64,000 bases of DNA from assembly GCA_020632135.1 (NCBI GenBank), contig JACKGC010000001.1:244241-308240 (forward strand), given 5' to 3'. Positions 8,867-17,976 of the stretch are shown here, in pieces. The first letter of the stretch is position 1, and each line of letters begins with the position of its first letter. The notes under the pieces were generated by a model. The model was given only the letters and a program-made list of their open reading frames with translations, was not told the origin of the DNA and ran no database searches. The stretch is from Candidatus Nomurabacteria bacterium (GTDB lineage Bacteria; Patescibacteriota; Minisyncoccia; Phycocordibacterales; UBA918). The position numbers were made by a program, and so were the translations under genes.

Positions 8867-10451
8867 CTAGCGGAAAAAGATGGGGAGGTTGTCGGGCTTT
8901 GCTGGCGCACCGCTGAGGCTGGAAGCCCGCGCCGCGCCAGTTGGTTCGTACTCTTCTTCAATGGTCCAGCCGTGGAGAGCATCTTCTCGGCTTGTGCGCC
9001 GACGCCACCCATACCACAAAATCGTCAACGCACCATACATCAGAAACACACCCCAAGCTGAGAACGCGGGCACCGGTACGACTGCCAGTGGCACGGCCGC
9101 AAACCACTTCGCCACTAAAAGAATGTACTGTAGTGATAGCGTTGCCACGTACGCCACCACCGCCCCAAGCGACGGCAACACCAAACCGATCACCCCTGCC
9201 AGGAAGGTGAGCAACATCGCAATCGGCACTACCGGTAACACGAGCACATTTACAATCAGCGCGATCAGGGACACCTGCCCGATGTGATACATGAGAAGTG
9301 GCAAAACAGCGATCTGCGTAGCAAGGGTGGAAAGAAAGAACTCCCGCACGCCGATGCGCGTTTTCCCCTGCGCAACTGTTGATTCAAACTGTGGCAACAC
9401 CAGCACCAAACCCAGCGTTGCCATAAAGGAAAGTTGGAAGCCGATGTCGTAGATGAGCAAATAAGGATTGATAAGGAGCATGAGGACTCCCGCAAACATA
9501 AGCGCCCGCAGCACATCGTACTGCCGGCCGAAATACTGCGCCAAGAGTACGAGCGCAGCCATGAGGGTAGCGCGCACCACCGTCGCAGAGAGACCAACAA
9601 TGAACGCGAAGGCAGTGATCGCCACAAGCGCAGCTACGATGCGCCAGCGCAGACGCAAAAAGAATGAGAAACAAAAAAGGATAAACGCTACCACTAGCAT
9701 GACGTTGTACCCAGAAAGCACCACGATATGAATGATGCCAGTGCGGCGGAAGTCTTCCTCGATGTCGGTACCCAGCGCCGACTGCACACCAAGGAGAATA
9801 CCGGCACCAAGGCCAGCGGCCGGCTCGGGGATGAGATTTTTTAGGCTCGTGAGGAAGTGTTGCTTCGCAGAGAGGAGCGCAGTCAAGAGTGGGTTTCCCG
9901 CCCCCGAGCCGGCCACCTCTACCTCCGCAAAGGAGATACGGTACTCCACCCCACGTGCCTTGAGATACCCTGCGTAATCGAACTTGCGCCCCAACTCAGT
10001 GGTAAATGCCTCAGGAATCTCGAGCGTACCTGTCACTACCACTTCATCACCGTACGCTACTGATGTGAGTCGGTCGGTACTTACTAATACTTTGTCAGTT
10101 TCTGTTTGTACATACAGCTGTACGGTACGCTCGCGCTGATCAGGCTCCCGCACCACCACACCACTCAGGACTACTTCCCTCCCAACTGACTCAGCTAGCA
10201 TTGAATGACCAAACTGATCGGAGGCCCATTCCGCACGCAGAAGCCCAACTCCAAACGCGAGGAGTGAAACACTTGCAAAGAGAAGGTGTGGCGCCGAAAA
10301 AAGCAAAGCTTTTTCGGCGCCACACCAACCCAACTCCAAACGCCAGCACCAACACCCACAACACCACCTCACGCGGCAGTACCCACACAGTTCCTACCCC
10401 GATCCCGAGCGCACATAACACTAGTGCACCGTACCACAACATAGTTTGCAT
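8867..10451 (-). CDS. comEC: ComEC/Rec2 DNA-uptake channel (DUF4131 + Competence domains), apparent 1-nt frameshift near 10296-10313
   Basis: Polytopic, with the IIHIVVLSGYNVMLVV core. The N-terminal TM helices (MQTMLWYGALVLCALGIGV..., ORF 10191-10451) lie in another frame and rejoin if one A is removed from cgaaaaagc. Confidence 0.8.
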
Positions 10452-10506
10452 GCGCTCTAGTGTAGCAAGAGAAAAGCCACCAATCGGTGGCTTTTACTGT
10501 GCAGCA

Positions 10507-10698
10507 CTAGTCCCCAAGCTGCCGCTGGATGCGAAACGCGGCTAAACGCAACGAACGACGCTGGGACTCCAGTCGAGTGATCTGGTATGAGGGCGCCCCC
10601 ACACTGCCCGACTGCTGTTGCTTCAGTCGCAGTAATTCCTGCATCACTTCGTTGTACGCCAGGTCACTCCGCAACTGTTTGTCTGGATCAGACATCAC
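10507..10698 (-). CDS. Hypothetical small protein
   Basis: 63-aa ORF, helical/charged. No motif recognised. Confidence 0.3.
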   Translation of the reverse strand: MMSDPDKQLRSDLAYNEVMQELLRLKQQQSGSVGAPSYQITRLESQRRSLRLAAFRIQRQLGD

Positions 10699-10818
10699 AC
10701 TCCCTCATGAAAAGAAAAGAACGGTGAATTTTCTGGATTACTGTACTGAGTTTTTTGGTAATGGTCAAGTAATGCTAAAAGAAAACCGGCCACATGGCCG
10801 GTTGGTCTATTGAAGGGA

Positions 10819-11121
10819 CTAGCCCCACTGCTCCGCAGCGTATGAAGGGATCACTCGATCGGGAACGTCCGACACAGTCACCCCTGATTTTGGCCACTCA
10901 ATGACCGACGTAGTGACCGCAAGAACCTCAGCCTCAACGAAGCGCTCAAGCTCTGCAATCTCATCTTTGATGCGCAACTTGTGCTTTTTGATGCTGATGA
11001 TCTCTTCCTGGACCGAACCGTTGTGACCCACCTGCAACACCTCAAGTCAGTGCTCAAGGGCCACATGCTGGGCCTGCAAACACTGCAGTCGAACCTGTGC
11101 CTTCTCGATCGTTTGTGCCAT
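10819..11121 (-). CDS. Hypothetical coiled-coil protein interrupted by an in-frame TGA (11047-11049)
   Basis: Strong RBS (aggaga) 8 nt before the ATG at 11121. MAQTIEKAQVRLQCLQAQHVALEH-TGA-LEVLQVGHNG... continues in frame to 10819. Confidence 0.4.
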
Positions 11122-11201
11122 GCGGTATTTCTCCTCTATTCGGCTTGGGAACTGACGCGTTCACGCTGCGCCTCTAAAGCACTACGGTACTGTGTCTTTT
11201 C

Positions 11202-11618
11202 TTACACGTCAAGCGCTTCATTCACGAGCCGGTCAGCCCCTTTGTTGAATTCACGCCTGACGTGCGTGAGCACGAGATTGGGAAAGTGTGCCACACGTAG
11301 ATTGTGAATCTCAATAAAGAACGGCACCAGGCCAGGATCCTTGATCTGATACTCTGCGTTAAGCTGTTTTTTCACGAGCTCACTGTCGAGCTTCAGTTCA
11401 AACAGCATCTCCTTGGTCTTTTTTTCAAACAGCTCTTTTGCAGCCATAAGTCCGCTCACCACTGCCTGATACTCAGCGAAGTCGTTGGTCGCGTTGCCAA
11501 TGGCCTGCGAAACCTCCTTTAGTACGGTTCCTTCTACATTGACCAGCTGTGCGCCAATAGCGGCTGGCCCCGGGTTCCCTCGCGAAGCCCCGCGAATGAA
11601 AATAGTTACACGTTCCAT
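11202..11618 (-). CDS. RNase H-like protein (RVT_3 / RNase HI-type fold)
   Basis: IFIRGASRGNPGPAAIG...EYQAVVSGL...NKGADRLVNEAL matches the RNase H catalytic-core layout. Confidence 0.78.
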   Translation of the reverse strand: MERVTIFIRGASRGNPGPAAIGAQLVNVEGTVLKEVSQAIGNATNDFAEYQAVVSGLMAAKELFEKKTKEMLFELKLDSELVKKQLNAEYQIKDPGLVPFFIEIHNLRVAHFPNLVLTHVRREFNKGADRLVNEALDV

Positions 11619-11672
11619 ATTCTCAGCCTAACACACAAAATCACCCTCCTCACAATAGGGGACAGTTCTTTC

Positions 11673-12371
11673 TTATGTAAAATCTGCGATGATCGCCTGC
11701 TCTTCTTGAGCCGACAAGGCTTTCTTGAAACGTACTCCCTGTTTTCCCGTCACCCGCGCTTCGCACTCTGCCCAAGTCTGGTGTGTTTCAATCTTTCCAT
11801 CCACCTTACTCACGTAGGAGTAGGCCTTTTGTGCACTGCGCTTGCGCGCGGCACTCCGCTCGGCCGCCTTTGCTTCATCGAAAGACACATTTTCAATCTC
11901 GTATGTATACCCTTCCCTCGGCCCACAGTATAACTCTACCGTTTTCCCCTCGCCTAAGTCTGAAGCGATCTTGTCTGCCCGCTCGTTACCAATGATACCC
12001 ACGTGCCCAGGCACCTTATGCCACTCGACTGTTACTTTTTTGAGTAAGCTGATCAACTCCTGCCACACTTCCTTATGCAACACCTCGCTGCCGGCTTTGG
12101 TCTGCCAGCCATTTTTCATCCAGCCAAAGATCCAACCCGTGGCCCCCTCGACCACATACTTGGAGTCGGTATATATCGCCGCGCTCGTTACTTCTTCTGG
12201 CAAATGTTGGAGCGCTGCCACAACCGCCCGCAGTTCCATTTCGTTGTTGGTCGTCAGCTTCTTCCCCTCACCCAGCTCTGTCACGTGACCGTCATATGAA
12301 ATGACCGCCCCATAACCACCCGGGCCCGGATTACCTTTCGCTGCACCGTCGGTGAAGATTGTTGCTTTCAT
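11673..12371 (-). CDS. rnhA: Ribonuclease HI with C-terminal hybrid-binding (Cauli_VI/HBD-like) domain
   Basis: TDGAAKGNPGPGGYG, NNEMELRAV, YTDSKYV and GNERADKIA form the RNase HI core. The C-terminus AYSYVSKVDGKIETHQTWAECEARVTGKQGVRFKKALSAQEE resembles the RNase H1 HBD. Confidence 0.82.
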   Translation of the reverse strand: MKATIFTDGAAKGNPGPGGYGAVISYDGHVTELGEGKKLTTNNEMELRAVVAALQHLPEEVTSAAIYTDSKYVVEGATGWIFGWMKNGWQTKAGSEVLHKEVWQELISLLKKVTVEWHKVPGHVGIIGNERADKIASDLGEGKTVELYCGPREGYTYEIENVSFDEAKAAERSAARKRSAQKAYSYVSKVDGKIETHQTWAECEARVTGKQGVRFKKALSAQEEQAIIADFT

Positions 12372-12547
12372 AATTACGTTTAGACTAACATACACAGGCT
12401 GCTGTAGTAGAAAAATTACCTACCCTAACATTCGTTGGGGTAGGTAATTTTCTGAAAACCCTACCAACTTTCAAGCAAAGATTCAAAGCTAGATAAGGCT
12501 GGGGAGTATGAACTCCCCAGTAACATGTCATCCGTGACAAGACTGAA

Positions 12548-13657
12548 TCAGACCGAGGCGTATAGCCGGCCACCAAACTGTGGTGCTTGTACGTGCCGCC
12601 GCTTCTTCACCTCAGCCTCGACCCGTTCCATGAAGCCACGATCATCAACCCGATCGGGGTGGATGGTGTAGACATGGAAACGGTCGTCGACCGGCAGGGC
12701 GACGGTCACCAGCTCTTCCGGCCGGTTGGCCTTGAGCTGCTCCAGTTGTTTCGCGGTCACGTAGTACGCGACTGTATCCGACTCGTCTTCCTTCCGCTTA
12801 CCTTCCGGCCGACGGAAGGTACCGAACTTACTAAGCTTCGATGTGGCCGCATTCGAACGCTGACCGTTCGAAGCAGCTTTGCTTTGCGAAGCACCAAAAG
12901 TGCTGGCAAGCTTCAGCTCATCGAAAGTCACACGGCCATTGCTACGATTCTTGTGAACCACCAGCACCCGCTCGACTTGCCTAGCCACATTCAGAAATAC
13001 GGCCCGGTCGCGATCTTCGAGCATCTGAGCTTCTTGCTCATCTGCTACCACAAAGCCGTTCCACGGCTTGCCACCAGCAGTGGTGAATGTCCGTGTGTTG
13101 GCGGGCAATCGCAACTGCTGCTTCCGACGATCACGCTCGGCACGAGCCTCCGCCCGCTTCGCTGCCTCAACCGACTCTGCTTCACGCTGCTTGCGCAACG
13201 TTTCGGCACGAGCCGCTTCGGCCTGGTGCTCCTGTGCCCGCTGAAACAGCGTTTCGGCGAAACTGAGCGTCACCTGACAGCCTTCGATGGATGCAATGGC
13301 TGTCTTGAGCGCAATCGCCTGTTCCGCACCAGGGTACGAGACCCCCGTTTCGGCAATAGTCCACACCACATCAACACTGGCGTTGCGTGGCAGACCGATG
13401 AGACGATAAATGGCCCACACATTGTCGATCTCCCGCAAAAAGATCAGCGTGCCGTGACCAGCGTGATGTTCCCTAGCGTGAAACAGCTTATCGCCATTTG
13501 GCAGCTCAACACGATTCAGCACTTCACGTGCCTCGTGGTAATGCGGCAAAAACCGGACGATGGTGAAAGCCACCTCCGGGAAACGCAGCTGGTAGCTGTA
13601 AAAATTCCCAGCGCTTGTTTCGCTGGGACCACCGACTTGCTTCAGGGTTGCTTTCAT
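12548..13657 (-). CDS. Hypothetical protein (orphan, high GC, central Arg/Glu/Ala coiled coil)
   Basis: 369 aa with RBS aaaggagaaaagg before the ATG. Own hairpin terminators at 12411-12452 and 12491-12517. No recognisable domain. Confidence 0.6.
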   Translation of the reverse strand: MKATLKQVGGPSETSAGNFYSYQLRFPEVAFTIVRFLPHYHEAREVLNRVELPNGDKLFHAREHHAGHGTLIFLREIDNVWAIYRLIGLPRNASVDVVWTIAETGVSYPGAEQAIALKTAIASIEGCQVTLSFAETLFQRAQEHQAEAARAETLRKQREAESVEAAKRAEARAERDRRKQQLRLPANTRTFTTAGGKPWNGFVVADEQEAQMLEDRDRAVFLNVARQVERVLVVHKNRSNGRVTFDELKLASTFGASQSKAASNGQRSNAATSKLSKFGTFRRPEGKRKEDESDTVAYYVTAKQLEQLKANRPEELVTVALPVDDRFHVYTIHPDRVDDRGFMERVEAEVKKRRHVQAPQFGGRLYASV

Positions 13658-13775
13658 CCTTTTCTCCTTTGTTTCAAATGAGATAGTTCATCATCGGTAT
13701 CACGAATAACTTGTGAAGAACAAAAGAACATCCATAGGATAGAATCCTACTTAAGTTAAGTTTATATAATATTTA

Positions 13776-15464
13776 TTACATTATGTCAATGATCCGTAAT
13801 CGGATCTGCCGGCGGCCCATGAAGAAGGATTGCTCGGCGTGAGCAATGAGCGTGCAGGGAACATCGGCTTTTGGCTCCTTCGTAAATTGCTCAGGGGTTT
13901 TGAAAAAACAGATCGCCTCGAGGCGGCCATTCTCAGTAGCAAAGGTGAGTTTGGTGTGTTCTTTGGTCTTCCCAAACAGTTCGACATTGCCGGGTGTGAC
14001 GTCGCGAAACACGAAAAGCGGCTTCGGGTTGCCACAGCCGTAGGGAGCAAGGGTGGCGAGGTCGTTCATGAGAAGCTGATTGACGTCGTCGAGGCGGAGC
14101 TCGGCGTCCACTGAGATCGGTTCATCCACTGACGCACCAGCGCCGAGCTCCGCCATCGCCTCATTGAGTCGTTCTCCAAAAGTGAAGATGTGTTCTTCCT
14201 TCACAGAGAAACCGCCTGAAGCATGGTGCCCGCCTGATTCAATGAACACTTCTGGGATCGCTTGCATGAGTTTCACCACACTAACCGTGCCGCCGGAGCG
14301 ACAAGAACCCTTGTACACTCCATTACCATCAGTACCCCACAGAAACGCCGGGCGACCGTACTCTTCAGCAAGCTTGTTCGCTGCCAGTCCAACCAAGGAC
14401 GGTCGCCAATCGCTATGTCCCATCACAAGAACGGCCGGTACTTCTTCAAGGTTCTTAAGTCGCTTATGGAGATCCTTGGTCATGAGCGCCACCTCCGTCT
14501 TACGTTGTGTATTGAGTTTCTCTAAATGCTCCACGCGCTCACCCGCTTTCGTCATATCTGTCTCACTCAACATATGGAAGGCGTCTTCCGGAGTATCCAT
14601 TCGTGAGGCAGCGTTGATGCGCGGCCCGATCGTGAAACCAATATCTTCTTCAGTGAGATACCGCTGGTCGATACGGTTTTTCTTCAGGAGTTGCTGAAGG
14701 CCGGGTCGGCGTGACTTTCGCAGCACCTGCAGACCATAGTGCGCGAGTACACGATTCTCACCCCGCAGTGGCACCATGTCAGCAATAGTCGCCACACCCA
14801 CCATATCGAGCCACCATTTTTCCCAGCCAGGAGTGAGCTCGTGCTCCACCTTGCTCAGCACTGCTTGCGCGAGTTTAAACGCCACCGCTGCGCCACAAAG
14901 GTCCGAGAATGGATACTCGCCTAACTTCGGATTTACCACCGCGACCGCCTCCGGCAGGACAGCTTCTGGTTCGTGGTGGTCAGTGATAATGATGTCTACA
15001 CCCTTTTCGTTGGCGTAGGCAACCTCAGCCACATTCGAGGTACCACAGTCAATGGTGATCGCGAGTGTTACTCCATCTGCTGCAAGCTTGTCGATCGCCT
15101 CAGTACTGAGACCAAATCCTTCGTAGTGGCGATGCGGTATGTAGTTTATAAAATTGTCATACTGCAGTGCCCTGTAGAGATCATGGAGCACCACTGCGCC
15201 AGGGATGCCATCACAGTCGTAGTCGCTGAAGATGGCGATGCGCTCATTTTTTTCCATGGCAGTTACAATGCGCGCAACGGCTAATGCCATATCGTTGAGT
15301 AAAGCTGGGTCGTGAAGATGTCCATCATAGTCGGGCGTGAGGAAGCCTTCGGCTTCCTCACGCCCGATGTTTCGCCGGTAGAGGAGTGTATTTACGAGCG
15401 TCGATACCCGCTCTGAAACGGTCGGGATCTCTTCAGAACTATCCGGAAAAACATACGCTGCCAT
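13776..15464 (-). CDS. recJ: Single-stranded-DNA-specific exonuclease RecJ
   Basis: DHH motifs (FSDYDCDGI, ITDHHEP) and a DHHA1-like region GGHHASGG. Confidence 0.9.
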   Translation of the reverse strand: MAAYVFPDSSEEIPTVSERVSTLVNTLLYRRNIGREEAEGFLTPDYDGHLHDPALLNDMALAVARIVTAMEKNERIAIFSDYDCDGIPGAVVLHDLYRALQYDNFINYIPHRHYEGFGLSTEAIDKLAADGVTLAITIDCGTSNVAEVAYANEKGVDIIITDHHEPEAVLPEAVAVVNPKLGEYPFSDLCGAAVAFKLAQAVLSKVEHELTPGWEKWWLDMVGVATIADMVPLRGENRVLAHYGLQVLRKSRRPGLQQLLKKNRIDQRYLTEEDIGFTIGPRINAASRMDTPEDAFHMLSETDMTKAGERVEHLEKLNTQRKTEVALMTKDLHKRLKNLEEVPAVLVMGHSDWRPSLVGLAANKLAEEYGRPAFLWGTDGNGVYKGSCRSGGTVSVVKLMQAIPEVFIESGGHHASGGFSVKEEHIFTFGERLNEAMAELGAGASVDEPISVDAELRLDDVNQLLMNDLATLAPYGCGNPKPLFVFRDVTPGNVELFGKTKEHTKLTFATENGRLEAICFFKTPEQFTKEPKADVPCTLIAHAEQSFFMGRRQIRLRIIDIM

Positions 15465-15496
15465 AATCGTAACGCCTATGGTACCATCTTCAACAT

Positions 15497-15895
15497 ATGA
15501 GCACTATTTTCAGCAAAATCATTAACCGTGAGATTCCCGGGCAATTCGTGTATGAAGATGATGTGTGCGTGGTCCTAATGGACAAATTCCCTTCTGTGCC
15601 CGGGCAGTCGCTGATCATTCCGAAACAAGAGGTTAATTATGCTTTTGATCTCGATGATGAAACTCTTTCACACCTCTGGCACATTGCAAAGCAAGTAGCA
15701 CTTGCCTCAGATAAGGTATTTAACACGGTACGCACCTGCGTTGTGCTCGAAGGATTTGAAGTCCCGCATGCACATATAAAACTATACCCAGTCACCAATC
15801 CCGAGGGTGGACTCCCCAAGATACTTGCATCCACTGAAGAAGTTGATAACGACACCTTGGAGCAGCAAGCACAGGAGATCAGAGCGCAGTTGTAA
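15497..15895 (+). CDS. HIT (histidine triad) family protein
   Basis: MSTIFSKIINREIPG... and VPHAHIKLYP histidine-triad-like motif. Confidence 0.88.
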   Translation: MSTIFSKIINREIPGQFVYEDDVCVVLMDKFPSVPGQSLIIPKQEVNYAFDLDDETLSHLWHIAKQVALASDKVFNTVRTCVVLEGFEVPHAHIKLYPVTNPEGGLPKILASTEEVDNDTLEQQAQEIRAQL

Positions 15896-15930
15896 AAAAT
15901 GGCCGGCCCCTTCGGGGCCGGCCATTTTTT
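15894..15930. terminator. Bidirectional terminator between HIT and pgk
   Basis: aaaaaatggccggcccc-ttcg-gggccggccatttttt. Confidence 0.7.
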
Positions 15931-15936
15931 ACATTC

Positions 15937-17055
15937 TCACTCTCGAAACAGATCAACCACCGACGTACTACCATGCTCCAGGAACGTGAGCATGGCGCCA
16001 CCAGCAATCGAGACAAACCCAAAACATTCATTAATATGTAACTTCTCAACTGCCGCCACTGTGTCACCACCACCAATCACTGAGTACGCGTCGGCACCAG
16101 CCACATGACGTGCGGTGATCTCTGTACTCTGCGTGTAGCCGATCTCGTACGCTCCAAATGGTCCGTTCCAGAGGATCGTCTTGGCTTTTTCAATGTACGT
16201 CGCCAGCATGTCGATAGTCATTGGACCACAGTCCATAATCTTCTCTTCTTTGGTCACTTCCTCCGGCCGCTTCACTTGCCTACCATCTGGGCCATCGACG
16301 ATCACATCGATCGGCACCAAAAGTTTCTTGTCATGCAAAAACGGCGCATCGGCCAAAGAGACATCAGATACCATTGACCGCCCCACTTCAAGGCCACGCG
16401 CCTTAAAAATATCGTTCGCCAGGGCCCCACCAATGAACACGTGCTCGTAGATCTCCAGGTACTTCTCCACTAGCGGCATCTTGGTTGCGAACTTCGCCCC
16501 GCCCAAGAGAAAGAGGGCTGGTGCTTGTGGATCCATGACCTTTTGTAGCTCAGTCACCTCCTCGATGAACGTAAGTCCCGCGTAGGCTGGGAGCATCTGT
16601 GCCACCCCAAAGGTCGAAGCGTGCTCACGGTGCGCAGCTGCGAAGGCATCATTCACATACACTTCAGCTACGCTAGCCAGGTGCTCCACCAGCACTGGAT
16701 CATTTTCCGTTTCACCGGCATGCTGGCGAATATTTTCCGCCAGCAGAATATCTCCCTCGCCCATCAACTCGCGTCGGGTAGCAAATTCCTCACCGAGCAC
16801 GTCCCCACCCCAATGCAGTGGCAAGTACTTCTCAAGCGCAGCAAAGACCGGCTTAAGCGTCTCTTCCGGTTCGCGGCCAATGTGCGCGATCACAATGGTC
16901 TTAGCACCCTGCTCTTTGAGGTAGCGTAAGGTAGGAAGCGCCCGCTCCAGACGAAAGTGGTTTTGCACCTGGCCCTCCTTGAGCGGAATATTGAGTGACG
17001 CGCGCAAGAGTACGTACTTCCCTCGTAAGTCACCCGCTTTTGTAACATCTTTCAT
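15937..17055 (-). CDS. pgk: Phosphoglycerate kinase
   Basis: 372 aa. VLLRASLNIPL, IAHIGRE and GGGDTVAAV are typical of PGK. Ends in TGA directly before the terminator. Confidence 0.95.
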   Translation of the reverse strand: MKDVTKAGDLRGKYVLLRASLNIPLKEGQVQNHFRLERALPTLRYLKEQGAKTIVIAHIGREPEETLKPVFAALEKYLPLHWGGDVLGEEFATRRELMGEGDILLAENIRQHAGETENDPVLVEHLASVAEVYVNDAFAAAHREHASTFGVAQMLPAYAGLTFIEEVTELQKVMDPQAPALFLLGGAKFATKMPLVEKYLEIYEHVFIGGALANDIFKARGLEVGRSMVSDVSLADAPFLHDKKLLVPIDVIVDGPDGRQVKRPEEVTKEEKIMDCGPMTIDMLATYIEKAKTILWNGPFGAYEIGYTQSTEITARHVAGADAYSVIGGGDTVAAVEKLHINECFGFVSIAGGAMLTFLEHGSTSVVDLFRE

Positions 17056-17059
17056 GTGT

Positions 17060-17818
17060 TTAGCTTACCGCGTTGATAATCGCCGCAAAATCATCGGCCT
17101 TGAGACTGGCTCCACCCACGAGGAAGCCGTTCATATCACCCTCAGCATGGAGTGCCGCGGCATTGCCCGGCTTGACCGAGCCGCCATAGAGGAGTCGCAC
17201 CGCCTTGGCGGTCGGTCGGTCGTACAGTTTAGTGAGCACCGTCTCGATAAAAAGCTGCATTTCTTTCACATCATCAACTGTAGCCGTATTGCCGGTGCCA
17301 ATCGCCCAAATTGGCTCGTAGGCAATGACCACCTTTTTCATCACTGCAGCTGGTAGCACCTCTGCCAGACTGCGCAGCTGTGCTTCTACAAATCCAAAAA
17401 AGTTTCCTTGCTCATCGCGCTCACGCTCACCAACGCAGACGATCGGTGTAAGGCGGTGCTTCAGTACTGCCTGCACCTTTTTCCGCACCACAGCATCACT
17501 CTCACCCATAGCTCGTCGCTCAGAGTGACCAATAATGACGAATGTGGCACCCAAGTCCTTCAGCTGCGCTGCAGACACCTCTCCGGTAAACGGACCGATC
17601 GGTTCGTAGTGTACATCTTGAGCCGCCAATGCCACCGCGCTCTTCGCGATCTTCTTACCCACTTCAGCCAAATATGGAAATGGTGGTGCAATCGCCACAT
17701 ATGGTTCCGGGGTGGTCTTGTGCTTGCGCGCGACAGCGCTTGCAAGGTAAGCGGCGTCAGACAGGGTGATCGGATTGAGTTTCCAATTGCCGATGATCAG
17801 TGGTACGGATCTTTTCAT
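17060..17818 (-). CDS. tpiA: Triosephosphate isomerase
   Basis: Start taken at MKRSVPLIIGNWKLN. IIGHSERR, AYEPIWAIGTG and YGGSVKP motifs. Confidence 0.95.
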   Translation of the reverse strand: MKRSVPLIIGNWKLNPITLSDAAYLASAVARKHKTTPEPYVAIAPPFPYLAEVGKKIAKSAVALAAQDVHYEPIGPFTGEVSAAQLKDLGATFVIIGHSERRAMGESDAVVRKKVQAVLKHRLTPIVCVGERERDEQGNFFGFVEAQLRSLAEVLPAAVMKKVVIAYEPIWAIGTGNTATVDDVKEMQLFIETVLTKLYDRPTAKAVRLLYGGSVKPGNAAALHAEGDMNGFLVGGASLKADDFAAIINAVS

Positions 17819-17939
17819 ATGGAAAGATTGTAGCACGAGCACTGGTCAGGGACGTAAACCAACTAAGTTTCGCAAACGTGTATCACAGTCCGGTTTGAGT
17901 GTTTGTTCAGTGGAGGAATATAGTTGCCTGGGGTACAGA

Positions 17940-17968
17940 AACGGGGCGGCCTTCGGCCGCCCCGTTTC
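17940..17968 (-). terminator. Terminator downstream of the pilus operon
   Basis: aaacggggcggcc-ttcg-gccgccccgttt. Confidence 0.6.
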
Positions 17969-17976
17969 CACTCCAC

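Noticed and set aside
12587-13681. 364-aa plus-strand ORF antisense to the 369-aa orphan gene
   Set aside because: Leu/Arg/Cys-rich and not protein-like, with no RBS. The minus-strand ORF has a strong RBS and terminators. A long open antisense frame is a by-product of high GC.
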